64,000 nucleotides of DNA, from IMG/VR virus record IMGVR_UViG_3300030329_004647, positions 168,029 through 232,028 of that record; one strand, 5' to 3'. The notes under the pieces are model-generated. The model saw only the letters and a list, made by a program, of their open reading frames with translations. It had not been told where the DNA came from and made no database searches. Of this stretch, positions 1 through 9,114 are shown one piece after another (the first letter of the stretch is position 1; each line of letters begins with the position of its first letter). The position numbers and the translations under genes are program-made.

Positions 1-2
1 CG

Positions 3-737
3 TATCCAGTAGGATACCAAGCTCTTTTAATGAGTGGTGGTACTTTTTCTGGCACTGTAGAGTTTTTATCAGGAGCAACTTTTGGTGGGTTGACTGCTGA
101 TACAGGAAACTTCTTATCAGGAATGACATCTAGTACTGGTATATTTTCAGGTATTAGTACTGGTTTTATCACAGCAACTACAGGTGTCTTTACAGCGATA
201 ACAGCAACTGACGGCATAACTGGTGGTACAGGTTGTGTTTTCTCTGCTGTAACAGTAGCAGGTTCAGGTCTAACCGCTGATACTATATACGCTACAACAG
301 GTGTTACTGTAATAGGTGGATTAACAGCCACTACTAGTGGAACTACCTTCCCACCGAACCAAACAGTATCATTTACTACAGGAGCAACAATAAGTGCTTG
401 TGTTGAAACTTATATTTGTACAGCACAAACGCAGTCTTTAGTAATCGCACCATCCCCAACCTTAACAACTAGTAGTACGGGTACCACTGGCAGCTATTCT
501 TTCTATAAAGTTAATACTACTGGAGGTGATTTTGGTACTCAGTTACCAGACGCGGCAGATGGAGAATTAAAATATTTTGCTGTAGTAGCTGGGACTAATG
601 AATTTGCTATACATGGAGTTAATCTTAATGGCACAAAACTAGTTTTAGATGCTATAGGAGAAGGGGCTACCCTTATTTATGATTCTACTACTACTAAATG
701 GACTGTATTAGGCACAACAGGAACATTGACAGTTTAA
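3..737 (+). CDS. Tail fibre/appendage protein, 5'-truncated by window edge
   Basis: Frame is open upstream of ATG 30 to the window edge (TAT CCA GTA GGA TAC CAA GCT CTT TTA ATG). Gly/Thr/Ser-rich ~10-residue repeats, then a C-terminal LPDAADG...LIYDSTTTKWTVL module typical of phage fibre ends. Confidence 0.7.
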   Translation, partial: YPVGYQALLMSGGTFSGTVEFLSGATFGGLTADTGNFLSGMTSSTGIFSGISTGFITATTGVFTAITATDGITGGTGCVFSAVTVAGSGLTADTIYATTGVTVIGGLTATTSGTTFPPNQTVSFTTGATISACVETYICTAQTQSLVIAPSPTLTTSSTGTTGSYSFYKVNTTGGDFGTQLPDAADGELKYFAVVAGTNEFAIHGVNLNGTKLVLDAIGEGATLIYDSTTTKWTVLGTTGTLTV

Positions 738-740
738 ATT

Positions 741-1127
741 ATGGAATTTTTCGTTAGAAAAGAATCACTAGAACCAATTCTTAAGTTACAACTTGTACAA
801 GACGGTAGAAATGACTTTGATGCATTTTATGATAAGTTATCTAATTCTACTATAAAATTTTCTATGAGAAAAGTAGAAAATGGTGTTTATAAAATTTTAA
901 ATAGAGCCGGTGGAATTGTACAAAAAACAAAAGAAAGTATTAATGCTCCTACAGAATATTACATTTATTATAGATGGAGAAAAAGTGATGTTAACAAAGT
1001 AGGTAGATTTCAAGGAATGTTTTCTATATATTTACACGACGAGTGTACAGAACTTAAAGTACCAATCAGAGAAGACCTATTTATTAATATAACAGATTCT
1101 TTTGTTCAAACTTCTTGTGACTGTTAA
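741..1127 (+). CDS. Hypothetical virion-associated protein (BppU-N-like beta sandwich?)
   Basis: 128-aa ORF directly downstream of the fibre gene. Beta-rich pattern ending GRFQGMFSIY...LKVP resembles BppU N-terminal domains (recollection only). Confidence 0.4.
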   Translation: MEFFVRKESLEPILKLQLVQDGRNDFDAFYDKLSNSTIKFSMRKVENGVYKILNRAGGIVQKTKESINAPTEYYIYYRWRKSDVNKVGRFQGMFSIYLHDECTELKVPIREDLFINITDSFVQTSCDC

Positions 1128-1156
1128 TTGAATTTCCAACTTTTTATTATTACTTT
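1128..1156 (+). promoter_or_regulatory. Sigma70-like promoter upstream of DNA polymerase
   Basis: TTGAAT (1128-1133), 17 bp, TACTTT (1151-1156); 27 nt before ATG 1184. Confidence 0.45.
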
Positions 1157-1183
1157 TACAGTATAATATAAAAACGAAATTTA

Positions 1184-3904
1184 ATGCACATCCCAACTCA
1201 AAAAGACATAGAACAATTTCTACACGGTAATGACCCAGAAAAATACATAGTATCCTTAGAATTTGGTTATCGTTCAGGTAAAATATACAAAATTAAAGAG
1301 GACCCTAAAAGAGGAAAAATTGTAGAACCCGATACCTTTGTACCATTTTGTTGGGTAGGTGACCTAAGAAGTAAAAATTTTTACCAAAATAATAAAATCC
1401 TCCAAAAACAAGCAATTTCTAAATATGGAATTTTAATAGAGCCATTAGACACAGCTAATGATGAAAGATTAGAATCTGGATTAAAATACTTAGTAAAAAC
1501 AACCAAAACTTATAGAGACTTAGTTACGTTTTTTAGACAGGGTGGGTTGGAACCGTGGGCTCAAGACAATAGGGATACTATTCTTATTTTACCACCTATA
1601 GAACAATATTTAATACAAAAACAAAAAAGATTATTTAAAGGATTTGAAGATTATGATAATATCCATAGGTTTGTTTTTGATTTGGAGACCACAAGTTTAA
1701 GACCTTCAGATGGTAGAATTTTTATGATTGGTATGAAGGACAATAGAGGGTTCGAAAGAGTTATAGAAGTCAAAAACGATAATGAAAGTGAAAAAGACGC
1801 TATTATACAATTTTTTGAAACTATTGATGTAATACGACCAACAATTATTGGTGGTTATAATTCAGCAAACTTTGATTGGGATTGGTTATTTGAAAGAGCA
1901 CAAATTTTAGGTGTAGACACCACTAAATTTAAAACACTTAATCCAAATGAAGGATATAAATTAAAAAAAGGGGTTTTAAAGTTAGGTGCAGAAGTAGAAG
2001 AATACAATCAACTTAAAATATGGGGATACAATTCAATTGATATAGCACACGCGGTTAGAAGAGCACAAACTATTAATTCAGACATTAAAAGTTGGGGACT
2101 AAAATATATAACCCAATTCACCAATTCTGAAAAACCAAACAGGGTTTATGTTCCTGGTGATAAAATTGCGTCAACTTATAGTGAAAATAAAGAGTATTAC
2201 CTAAATAAAGATAATGGTAACTATAAGTTAACCACAGAACCAGGTTTACACAATTTAGATAAAAAATTTCCTAATGTTTATGAAAAGGTTAATGGTGAGT
2301 ATATTATAGAAAGATATCTTATGGACGATTTATGGGAAACAATGGAGATTGACGCTCAATTTAACCAAGCTTCCTTTCTACTAGCTTCTATGGTACCCAC
2401 TACCTATGAAAGAGTTTCTACTATGGGGACAGCTACATTATGGAAAATGTTAATGTTAGCTTGGTCCTATACAAATAATTTAGCTATCCCTAAGAAAAAG
2501 GAAAAAAGACCTTTTGTCGGCGGACTATCACGATTAGTTAAAACGGGTTACTCAACTAAAGTTTTAAAATTAGATTTTAGTTCACTATACCCTTCAATAC
2601 AATTAGTACACGACGTATTCCCAGAATGTGATGTTACTGGAGCTATGAAATGTATGTTAAAATATTTTAGAGATACTAGGATAAAATATAAAAATTTAGC
2701 TTCAGAATATTATGAAAAAGATAAAAAAAAGTCTGAATCTTTTGGGAGAAAACAACTACCTATTAAAATTTTTATTAATTCTATGTTTGGTTCTTTATCA
2801 GCACCTCAGGTATTCCCTTGGGGTGACATGGATAGAGGTGAAGAAGTTACTTGTACCGGAAGACAATATTTAAGACACATGATAAAATGGTTTATCTCAA
2901 AAGGATATAAACCTTTGGTGTTGGATACTGACGGTGTTAATTTCTCATCACCAGAAGGTGTCGAGTCACATTCATATGTGGGTGTCGGTAATAACGAATT
3001 GGTGAAAAACGGAAAGGAGTATACTGGTAGTGATGCTCATGTAGCTGAGTATAACGATTTATATATGGTGGGTGAAATGGGGTTAGATACAGACGGAACT
3101 TGGCCCTCTTGTATTAATGTAGCTAGAAAAAATTACGCTTTACTTACTGATAAAGGAAAGGTTAAATTGACGGGTAATTCTATTAAGTCTAAAAAAATGC
3201 AAGGATTTTTAGAAGATTTTATAGATAAAGGTTTAAGAATTTTATTAGAAGGTAGGGGTTCTGACTTTATAGAATATTATTATGAATATTTGACATTAAT
3301 ATTTAATAAAGAAATTCCATTAGCTAAAATAGCTAATAAGGCAAGAGTAAAACAAAGTATAGAAGCTTATAAAAAACGATGTACACAAAGAACCAAAGCT
3401 GGACATTTAATGGCAAGACAAGCTCATATGGAGTTAGCAATTAGTAAAAACTTAAAAGTAGATTTAGGAGATACAATACATTATGTTAATAATGGTAAAG
3501 TAATGTCTCATGGTGATGTACAAAGAAAAAAGAAAAAAGACGGTACTGAAGAAATTGTTTTAAATTGTTATTTAATTTCAGAAAATGAACTACAAAATGA
3601 AACAACAGGAGAATATAATGTACCAAGATGTATAGCCGCGTTCAATAAAAGAATCGAACCATTATTAGTTTGTTTTAAACCAGAAATTAGAGACAGTATT
3701 TTAGTTAAAAAACCAGAAGATAGACAATACTTCACAAGAAAACAATGTGAATTAATAAATGGTATAGCTAGAAGACAAGGGGACCAAGACTCTCTAGAAG
3801 AAATATTAGAGTTATCTCCAGAAGAAAAAATATTCTGGTCTCAAACTATGGGAGAAAGTGAAAATTATTTTCTTGAAAAATTAGGACTCTTTGATACCGT
3901 CTGA
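1184..3904 (+). CDS. polB: Family B DNA polymerase with 3'-5' exonuclease
   Basis: ExoI DLETT, ExoII GYNSANFDW, ExoIII YLMDD; polymerase motifs LDFSSLYPS, KIFINSMFG, LDTDG. Confidence 0.96.
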   Translation: MHIPTQKDIEQFLHGNDPEKYIVSLEFGYRSGKIYKIKEDPKRGKIVEPDTFVPFCWVGDLRSKNFYQNNKILQKQAISKYGILIEPLDTANDERLESGLKYLVKTTKTYRDLVTFFRQGGLEPWAQDNRDTILILPPIEQYLIQKQKRLFKGFEDYDNIHRFVFDLETTSLRPSDGRIFMIGMKDNRGFERVIEVKNDNESEKDAIIQFFETIDVIRPTIIGGYNSANFDWDWLFERAQILGVDTTKFKTLNPNEGYKLKKGVLKLGAEVEEYNQLKIWGYNSIDIAHAVRRAQTINSDIKSWGLKYITQFTNSEKPNRVYVPGDKIASTYSENKEYYLNKDNGNYKLTTEPGLHNLDKKFPNVYEKVNGEYIIERYLMDDLWETMEIDAQFNQASFLLASMVPTTYERVSTMGTATLWKMLMLAWSYTNNLAIPKKKEKRPFVGGLSRLVKTGYSTKVLKLDFSSLYPSIQLVHDVFPECDVTGAMKCMLKYFRDTRIKYKNLASEYYEKDKKKSESFGRKQLPIKIFINSMFGSLSAPQVFPWGDMDRGEEVTCTGRQYLRHMIKWFISKGYKPLVLDTDGVNFSSPEGVESHSYVGVGNNELVKNGKEYTGSDAHVAEYNDLYMVGEMGLDTDGTWPSCINVARKNYALLTDKGKVKLTGNSIKSKKMQGFLEDFIDKGLRILLEGRGSDFIEYYYEYLTLIFNKEIPLAKIANKARVKQSIEAYKKRCTQRTKAGHLMARQAHMELAISKNLKVDLGDTIHYVNNGKVMSHGDVQRKKKKDGTEEIVLNCYLISENELQNETTGEYNVPRCIAAFNKRIEPLLVCFKPEIRDSILVKKPEDRQYFTRKQCELINGIARRQGDQDSLEEILELSPEEKIFWSQTMGESENYFLEKLGLFDTV

Positions 3905-4846
3905 CGAAACAATCATCCAAGAAGACATAGGTTCATAATATCTAAACTCAACACAACTTTCAGGCAACATCTCTAAAGACTCCCATTGATTATCTATGTA
4001 ACCTTTATCTGGAAATACGTTACAATTTGCTAATGATTTAATAACATATTTTTTAGCAACATGACTGTCTAAGGTATAATCTACATCCTCATCTAAGACA
4101 ATAAAAACATCTTTTTCACAAAGACATTCTTTTTTAGTGGTTTCCGTTGAAGTATTAACCTTAGGTGTGTGACCCTTTTTAAGATATTCTATTATAGCTA
4201 GAGTAAGTAATTTATAGTTAACTCCTCTAGGGGTCTTACCATCTATTTCATATGATACAAAATCAGTTAGTCCTAAATCATGTACTTCTTCCGCTATTAA
4301 TCCTATAGCTTCTGTTTTATCTGCCTTCCACCTAAATCTTTTAGTTTCTAAACTTAATAAATTTTCTAAATTTAGAATATCCGTATTTCTAATATCGTAT
4401 TTAACTCTTTTTGTCGAGGTATCAATGTATATGTTACCATTAGAATCAATACCTAAAGCGTCTTTATCCGCAGCCAATAAATTACTTCTATTAATTTGTA
4501 GGCATGTAGCACTAAACGCGGGAACATTTGGGTTACTCCTATCAATTGGGTCTAAAGGTGCTTGACCAATAGATAAAACTGTAGTCGCACTTGTTATTCC
4601 TGAATATGTTGTTATAGCTACACCGTGAGTACAATCTTCAGTAAGATTTCCAGCACTATTATATATTGAACTACCAACTAACAGTGTAGCTCCACTAGAA
4701 CATCGTGTACATGCACTAGAATAACTAAATCCGTTATTCATAGCTCTGAAATTTCCTAAATAAAAAGTGTTACCAGATAATATAGCGGTTTGACCACTAT
4801 ATTGCCTCATTTGTCTACTATAATCTATCTTTGTATAAAATCCCAT
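3881..4846 (-). CDS. Short tail-fibre protein with peptidase S74 intramolecular chaperone domain
   Basis: TSTKRVKYDI (Ser144/Lys149 spacing of the S-D-x-R-x-K motif), then FRWK...IGLIAEEV...GVNYKLLTLAIIEYLK. Converges on and overlaps polB by 24 nt. Confidence 0.8.
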   Translation of the reverse strand: MGFYTKIDYSRQMRQYSGQTAILSGNTFYLGNFRAMNNGFSYSSACTRCSSGATLLVGSSIYNSAGNLTEDCTHGVAITTYSGITSATTVLSIGQAPLDPIDRSNPNVPAFSATCLQINRSNLLAADKDALGIDSNGNIYIDTSTKRVKYDIRNTDILNLENLLSLETKRFRWKADKTEAIGLIAEEVHDLGLTDFVSYEIDGKTPRGVNYKLLTLAIIEYLKKGHTPKVNTSTETTKKECLCEKDVFIVLDEDVDYTLDSHVAKKYVIKSLANCNVFPDKGYIDNQWESLEMLPESCVEFRYYEPMSSWMIVSSDGIKES

Positions 4847-4847
4847 A

Positions 4848-5978
4848 TTAAATTACGTAAATACTTCCTGGATTCATTGGCCTATATCCTAATGATTTAT
4901 TTAGGTTTTCTGCCTCTAGAGCTTTTCTCTCTAACATTTTATCATTCCTTAATCTTTCTAATCTAGCTACTAACTCCTCTATTAATTTAGCATATTCATC
5001 TTTAGCTTCATTTAATAAACTATCATACTCTAAAGTAAGTTCTGAATCTGGTGTTTTTAAATTACCACCAAACTTTCCTCGGACACGACCTAATATTTCT
5101 TTAGATTTAGCGAAAAAATATCTTCTAACCCATGATTGAGCTGGAGGATTAAGTTCACCAAAATTAATTTCATCCAATCTTACATCACTAGGTAATAATA
5201 CAATATCTTTATTTTTTGCTAAACAATCGTCTCTATCACCACCAGTATCATAATACCAATAATAAACTCTGTGTTGGTTAACATCTATATTACCAAAATC
5301 AAATCTTCCACCAGGTACATTATATAGGTGTAGGTACTTAACTCCATTCACACCACCTGCTCCAGCTGTTATTCTATATGTTAATTCACCACCAATAATT
5401 CTATTTTTAAGATTTCTATCCTGCATTCTTAATAGGATATCAAAAGCAGGCATCATATAATAAGAACCTTGAATCCCCATTTGAGCAAATCCTCCAGGAC
5501 CACCAACACCCATTCCACCAAATCCACCAAAAGCACCTAAAAACGGGTCTAAAAAAGCTTCGTTTAATTCTGCACGACTATACCACAACACTTCATTAAT
5601 CTCTCGACCAGCTGGTATTTCATACATTTGTTGGTTATTAACTAAGGTTACATAGTCTTGTTTTAATTGGTACGGTCCTCCAGCTTGTAAACCTACAATC
5701 TTTGAGTATGCGTAAGTAAATGACGTTTCAAAGTTAAGGTCTCTAGTCATAAAAGCGTTGGTGAGAGAAATAACATCCTGGTCTTGACCATATAAAGAAG
5801 ACCATTGATTTTCTATCAACCAATCCTGTATATACTGACCATAATCCATTATAGCTACTTCTAATGCCGTATCTAACATTTCATCTTCTAATTCAACAGC
5901 TCTTATAGGAGCACCTAACATGTGCTTACACTGTTTAAATAATTTTTCTCTTTTTAAGGGGTCTATTGTTGGTTCCAT
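4848..5978 (-). CDS. Neck/head-tail adaptor protein (T4 gp13-like)
   Basis: N-terminal KHMLGAPIRAVELEDEMLDTALEVA and C-terminal WVRRYFFAKSKEILGRVRGKF...EAKDEYAKLIEEL match the gp13 pattern. Confidence 0.8.
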   Translation of the reverse strand: MEPTIDPLKREKLFKQCKHMLGAPIRAVELEDEMLDTALEVAIMDYGQYIQDWLIENQWSSLYGQDQDVISLTNAFMTRDLNFETSFTYAYSKIVGLQAGGPYQLKQDYVTLVNNQQMYEIPAGREINEVLWYSRAELNEAFLDPFLGAFGGFGGMGVGGPGGFAQMGIQGSYYMMPAFDILLRMQDRNLKNRIIGGELTYRITAGAGGVNGVKYLHLYNVPGGRFDFGNIDVNQHRVYYWYYDTGGDRDDCLAKNKDIVLLPSDVRLDEINFGELNPPAQSWVRRYFFAKSKEILGRVRGKFGGNLKTPDSELTLEYDSLLNEAKDEYAKLIEELVARLERLRNDKMLERKALEAENLNKSLGYRPMNPGSIYVI

Positions 5979-6018
5979 AAGCTAATTCTTTTACTATAAA
6001 TATTAGCAACTACGCATT

Positions 6019-6042
6019 AAAAAAGGTTCAAAAAGAACCTTT
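6019..6042 (-). terminator. Intrinsic terminator
   Basis: 8-bp stem AAAGGTTC/GAACCTTT with 5-nt loop, running into a U-tract on the minus strand, just after the stop at 6067. Confidence 0.7.
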
Positions 6043-6066
6043 CTTATATAAATTAGAATAAATAAC

Positions 6067-6675
6067 TTAATCTTCGTCTGTAATCTTATATTCTAGCTCC
6101 TGTCCTACAAGAGGTTCTTCTTTTTCAATCTCTATATCAACTTCGGATTCTTCTTCAGTTGGTGGAGTCATCATTTCCTCATATTGTGTTAGTAAGTTTT
6201 GAACACCTCTACCAAACAAATCTTCATTACCTATATTATCTCTAAGGTCAAAAATATCTTGTACTAGTCTATCTTGAGGAGAAATAGCCACCTCTGTTTC
6301 TTCCATTACTCTATGGACTATTCTTTTAAGTGTAGACTCATTTATTTTTACAACTTTTTTAGATTCATTCATTCCTAATCCTTTAAATGTTCCATATCCT
6401 TCAGAGTTTTCATTTTTACCCTCAACCTCCATTTCTTTCATTTCTTCCATTTCAGTTTTTTCAGTATCCTCCATTTCAGCTATCTCATCAGCTATTTTTC
6501 GTTGTGCTTTTGTTAACTCCTTAATGTCTGCGTTATACTTACCATGATTTTTTAAACCTTCTTTTGCAATCTTAAGAGCGTTGTATGCTGCTTTTAAGTC
6601 TGTTTTAGTATTCTTTGAATCACCCTCGTATAGGTTCATTAGAGTTTTACGTAGTTTAGATTTTATATTTTCCAT
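6067..6675 (-). CDS. Acidic hypothetical protein, probable head-internal/virion protein
   Basis: Likely start is ATG 6675 (MENIKSKLRK), which follows a TATTTAT motif, rather than 6723. Contains KKVVKINESTLKRIVHRVMEE. Confidence 0.6.
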   Translation of the reverse strand: MENIKSKLRKTLMNLYEGDSKNTKTDLKAAYNALKIAKEGLKNHGKYNADIKELTKAQRKIADEIAEMEDTEKTEMEEMKEMEVEGKNENSEGYGTFKGLGMNESKKVVKINESTLKRIVHRVMEETEVAISPQDRLVQDIFDLRDNIGNEDLFGRGVQNLLTQYEEMMTPPTEEESEVDIEIEKEEPLVGQELEYKITDED

Positions 6676-6924
6676 ACTGTTGTGTTTTAATAATAAATAT
6701 TTACTACACCAATAAAGATACATTAGGATTATAGTATAAATTTTTTCTTTATAAAAAAGCGGTATTTAATTATAATATTTTAATCACATTTAGAGCTAGT
6801 CTTTAAAAAGTAAAAAACAATAAAAAAATAGTTAAGTTTGTCGTAAAAATATTAACAACAGAAATAGTAACATAGCTAAACTTATGACAATTAGCTGTAA
6901 TTAAATAAAAATCACCCTAAAACC

Positions 6925-6952
6925 TTGACTTATTTTACGACAATTTTATATT
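6925..6952 (+). promoter_or_regulatory. Sigma70-like promoter in divergent intergenic region
   Basis: TTGACT (6925-6930), 16 bp, TATATT (6947-6952); the spacer holds one arm of an 11-bp inverted repeat. Confidence 0.4.
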
Positions 6953-7158
6953 AAAACTTGGAAAAATTAGAGTAAATTAGTGAAAATAATGGAAAATAAT
7001 TGATATTAAAAAAAATACGTCTAACGTGTGTATAAACGTAAGTTTTTTAATAATTAAAATTAAGTTTGTATTATTGACTACTATGGTTGGGGTTAAAATA
7101 TGGGTTTTTAGTAATAATAACGGGTATTTATGACTACCAATAACAGTTATAAAAAATA

Positions 7159-7389
7159 GTGATTATGGATTCAGTATTTAAGTATGTAAATGGTTTTATT
7201 AGTGGAGTTGGAAGTCTTTTTATGGCTTTCATACCAGTAACGATTCTATGGTATGTATTGACTGGCGGTGCTGTGTTTAACATGGACGTAGTAGGAAACT
7301 TAACAAATCTTCTAACAAGTTTAGGTGACGGAGGTTTTGTTGGTTTAGTAGTATTAGTTATTCTAGCATCCTTTTTTACAAAAAAGTAA
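7159..7389 (+). CDS. Small membrane protein (2-3 hydrophobic helices)
   Basis: 76 aa with hydrophobic segments (GSLFMAFIPVTILWYVL; GFVGLVVLVILASFF) ending KK. Confidence 0.75.
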   Translation: MIMDSVFKYVNGFISGVGSLFMAFIPVTILWYVLTGGAVFNMDVVGNLTNLLTSLGDGGFVGLVVLVILASFFTKK

Positions 7390-7463
7390 AATAAAAAAAG
7401 GTGAAGATAATTCTCTTACACCTTAAAAAAAAATGAGAATATAAAAAGAGAAAAAATTTTAAT

Positions 7464-7871
7464 ATGAAAAATTTAATTTTAGCAGGGATTTTCAGTTTAG
7501 CCACTTTATGTGGGTATTCACAAACAAAGGGAGACTGGTATGTAGGAACAGGCGACATCGCGAACAGCGCTTGGACTGACTGGGCAGTATCACCAACGAT
7601 TGGATACGGAATTATGGACAACCTAATGATAGGAATGTCTGTATCACAAGCTGATTCTACTGTGGATATGGATTTGGATTTTCACGCAAGATACTTTACA
7701 AAAGGATATTTTGTGTATGTTGCAACAGATGGATTGAGTACTGACAACATGGTTTTAGGAGGTGGTAAAATGTTTGCCTTCAGAAACAATATGTACATCG
7801 ACCCAAAAATTGTATACAACATGGGTGAAAAGACCACAAACCTTACAATGGGATTTGGTTTCAAATTTTAA
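7464..7871 (+). CDS. Outer-membrane beta-barrel protein (8-stranded) with Sec signal peptide
   Basis: MKNLILAGIFSLATLCGYS/Q signal peptide, eight alternating amphipathic strands, and C-terminal MGFGFKF (BAM beta-signal ending in Phe). Confidence 0.85.
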   Translation: MKNLILAGIFSLATLCGYSQTKGDWYVGTGDIANSAWTDWAVSPTIGYGIMDNLMIGMSVSQADSTVDMDLDFHARYFTKGYFVYVATDGLSTDNMVLGGGKMFAFRNNMYIDPKIVYNMGEKTTNLTMGFGFKF

Positions 7872-7984
7872 CAAAATAGTAAAGGATAAATAATTTAAGA
7901 CGGTTGCAAATTAGTGAAAGTTTTTTCCCGCAACCAAAAGATGGAAACTAATTACGGATTTTGAATTATTTAAGAGTTGCGAAG

Positions 7985-8010
7985 AACCCTGACGACGGTC
8001 AGGGTTTTTT
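7985..8010. terminator. Intrinsic terminator between convergent OMP and SOD genes
   Basis: AACCCTGAC-GACG-GTCAGGGTT then TTTT; perfect 9-bp stem. Confidence 0.85.
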
Positions 8011-8662
8011 ATTGCTTAGACTTTAAAGTATCACTAACATTATTCCAGTTAACAACTTTCCAGAAATTTTTTATATATTTTTTTCTATCGGACATGTAAT
8101 TAAGGTAATAAGCGTGTTCCCACACATCTAAACCTAGTAGAGGTTCCCCTAATCCTTCCATTAAAGGATTATCTTGATTGGGTGTTGTAACTATTTTAAG
8201 TCGTCCATTTTTTAACACCAACCAACACCAACCAGAACCAAATACTTTACCTGACTCTTCGTCAAACTGTCTTTTAAAATTATCAAGACTACCAAAATCT
8301 TTATTTATTTTTTGTCTTAGTTCTTTAGACAAGTCTGTTTTGTTGGGGGTGATATAATCTTTAAAAAATAAACTATGATTATAATACCCACCAGCATTAT
8401 TCCTAGTAAAAGTATCATAATTTTTAATACCTTTAATAATTTTTTCTATGTCTTTTGGTGGGTTTTTTCTTTTAGATAGAGCTTCATTTAGTTTTGTTGT
8501 ATACCCCTTATAATGTTTATTATAATGTTCCCACATTGTTTCATAACCCACGAAATCTTTAACAGAATTATAATCATATGGTAGACTAACCCTCTTAAAA
8601 AATGATTTTTTAGCTTCCGCTATAATATTTTCGTTTAATATTTTCTTAATTAAATTTCTCAT
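8009..8662 (-). CDS. sodA: Superoxide dismutase, Mn-type signature
   Basis: Metal ligands in EHYNKH, NNAGGYYNH and DVWEHAYY, plus FGSGWCWL and NQDNP. GG..NH together with QD is the Mn-SOD pattern. Has a ~20-aa extra N-terminal leader. Confidence 0.93.
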   Translation of the reverse strand: MRNLIKKILNENIIAEAKKSFFKRVSLPYDYNSVKDFVGYETMWEHYNKHYKGYTTKLNEALSKRKNPPKDIEKIIKGIKNYDTFTRNNAGGYYNHSLFFKDYITPNKTDLSKELRQKINKDFGSLDNFKRQFDEESGKVFGSGWCWLVLKNGRLKIVTTPNQDNPLMEGLGEPLLGLDVWEHAYYLNYMSDRKKYIKNFWKVVNWNNVSDTLKSKQ

Positions 8663-9114
8663 TGTTTACTAACTTTTTGCCAATAAGGTGACCTTAAAAG
8701 TACTGGGTACAGCTTTTTAGCTATCTCTTTGAATACTTTATTAATATTATCCATGTCGTCAACGTCTTTTTTATTGTCATGAACAAATCTAAGAGCCGCT
8801 CTAGTAAAAATATCTCTTATCTCTTGTGCATTATCCCATAAATATTTAACAGGACCCTCTTGGTCCTCAAAAAAAGAATCTGTATTATAATCGCCAGTTT
8901 CCTTTCCTCGATTTAAAATATCAGAAGAAAAATGATGCTCCAAATTAGACTTACCGTCTGTTAAAAATGGTGAAAGGTCGGTCATTAACATATTATAAGC
9001 ACCCCATAGTCTAAGCTGTTCAATATATCTAGAGACCTCAAAACGGTCTTTTGTTGGTAGTAGTTCTAAAGCATCGTAATTATCTATTAGGTAGTCTATA
9101 TCTGATTTTGACAT
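8659..9114 (-). CDS. Hypothetical protein
   Basis: 151-aa ORF; its stop overlaps the SOD start (ATGA overlap), consistent with translational coupling. Confidence 0.7.
   Translation of the reverse strand: MSKSDIDYLIDNYDALELLPTKDRFEVSRYIEQLRLWGAYNMLMTDLSPFLTDGKSNLEHHFSSDILNRGKETGDYNTDSFFEDQEGPVKYLWDNAQEIRDIFTRAALRFVHDNKKDVDDMDNINKVFKEIAKKLYPVLLRSPYWQKVSKQ

Noticed and set aside
2920-3100. Second DTDG motif in polB as evidence of a duplicated active site
   Set aside because: The second copy (MGLDTDGTW) sits where the normal post-motif-C strand lies; no other duplicated motifs were seen.
6676-6723. Extended start at 6723 for the 6067 gene
   Set aside because: The extension spans the TATTTAT motif; ATG 6675 fits the spacing seen at other genes.
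7398-7424. Hairpin AAGGTGAAGA...TCTTACACCTT between the membrane-protein and OMP genes as a plus-strand terminator
   Set aside because: It is followed by an A-run on the plus strand, so it could terminate only antisense transcription or act as a stability element; too weak to call.
7902-7960. c-di-GMP-I (GEMM) riboswitch suggested by GCAAA...GAAA...CGCAA
   Set aside because: The stem that should flank the GAAA tetraloop does not pair, and the element lies 3' of a gene; kept only as an unclassified structure.
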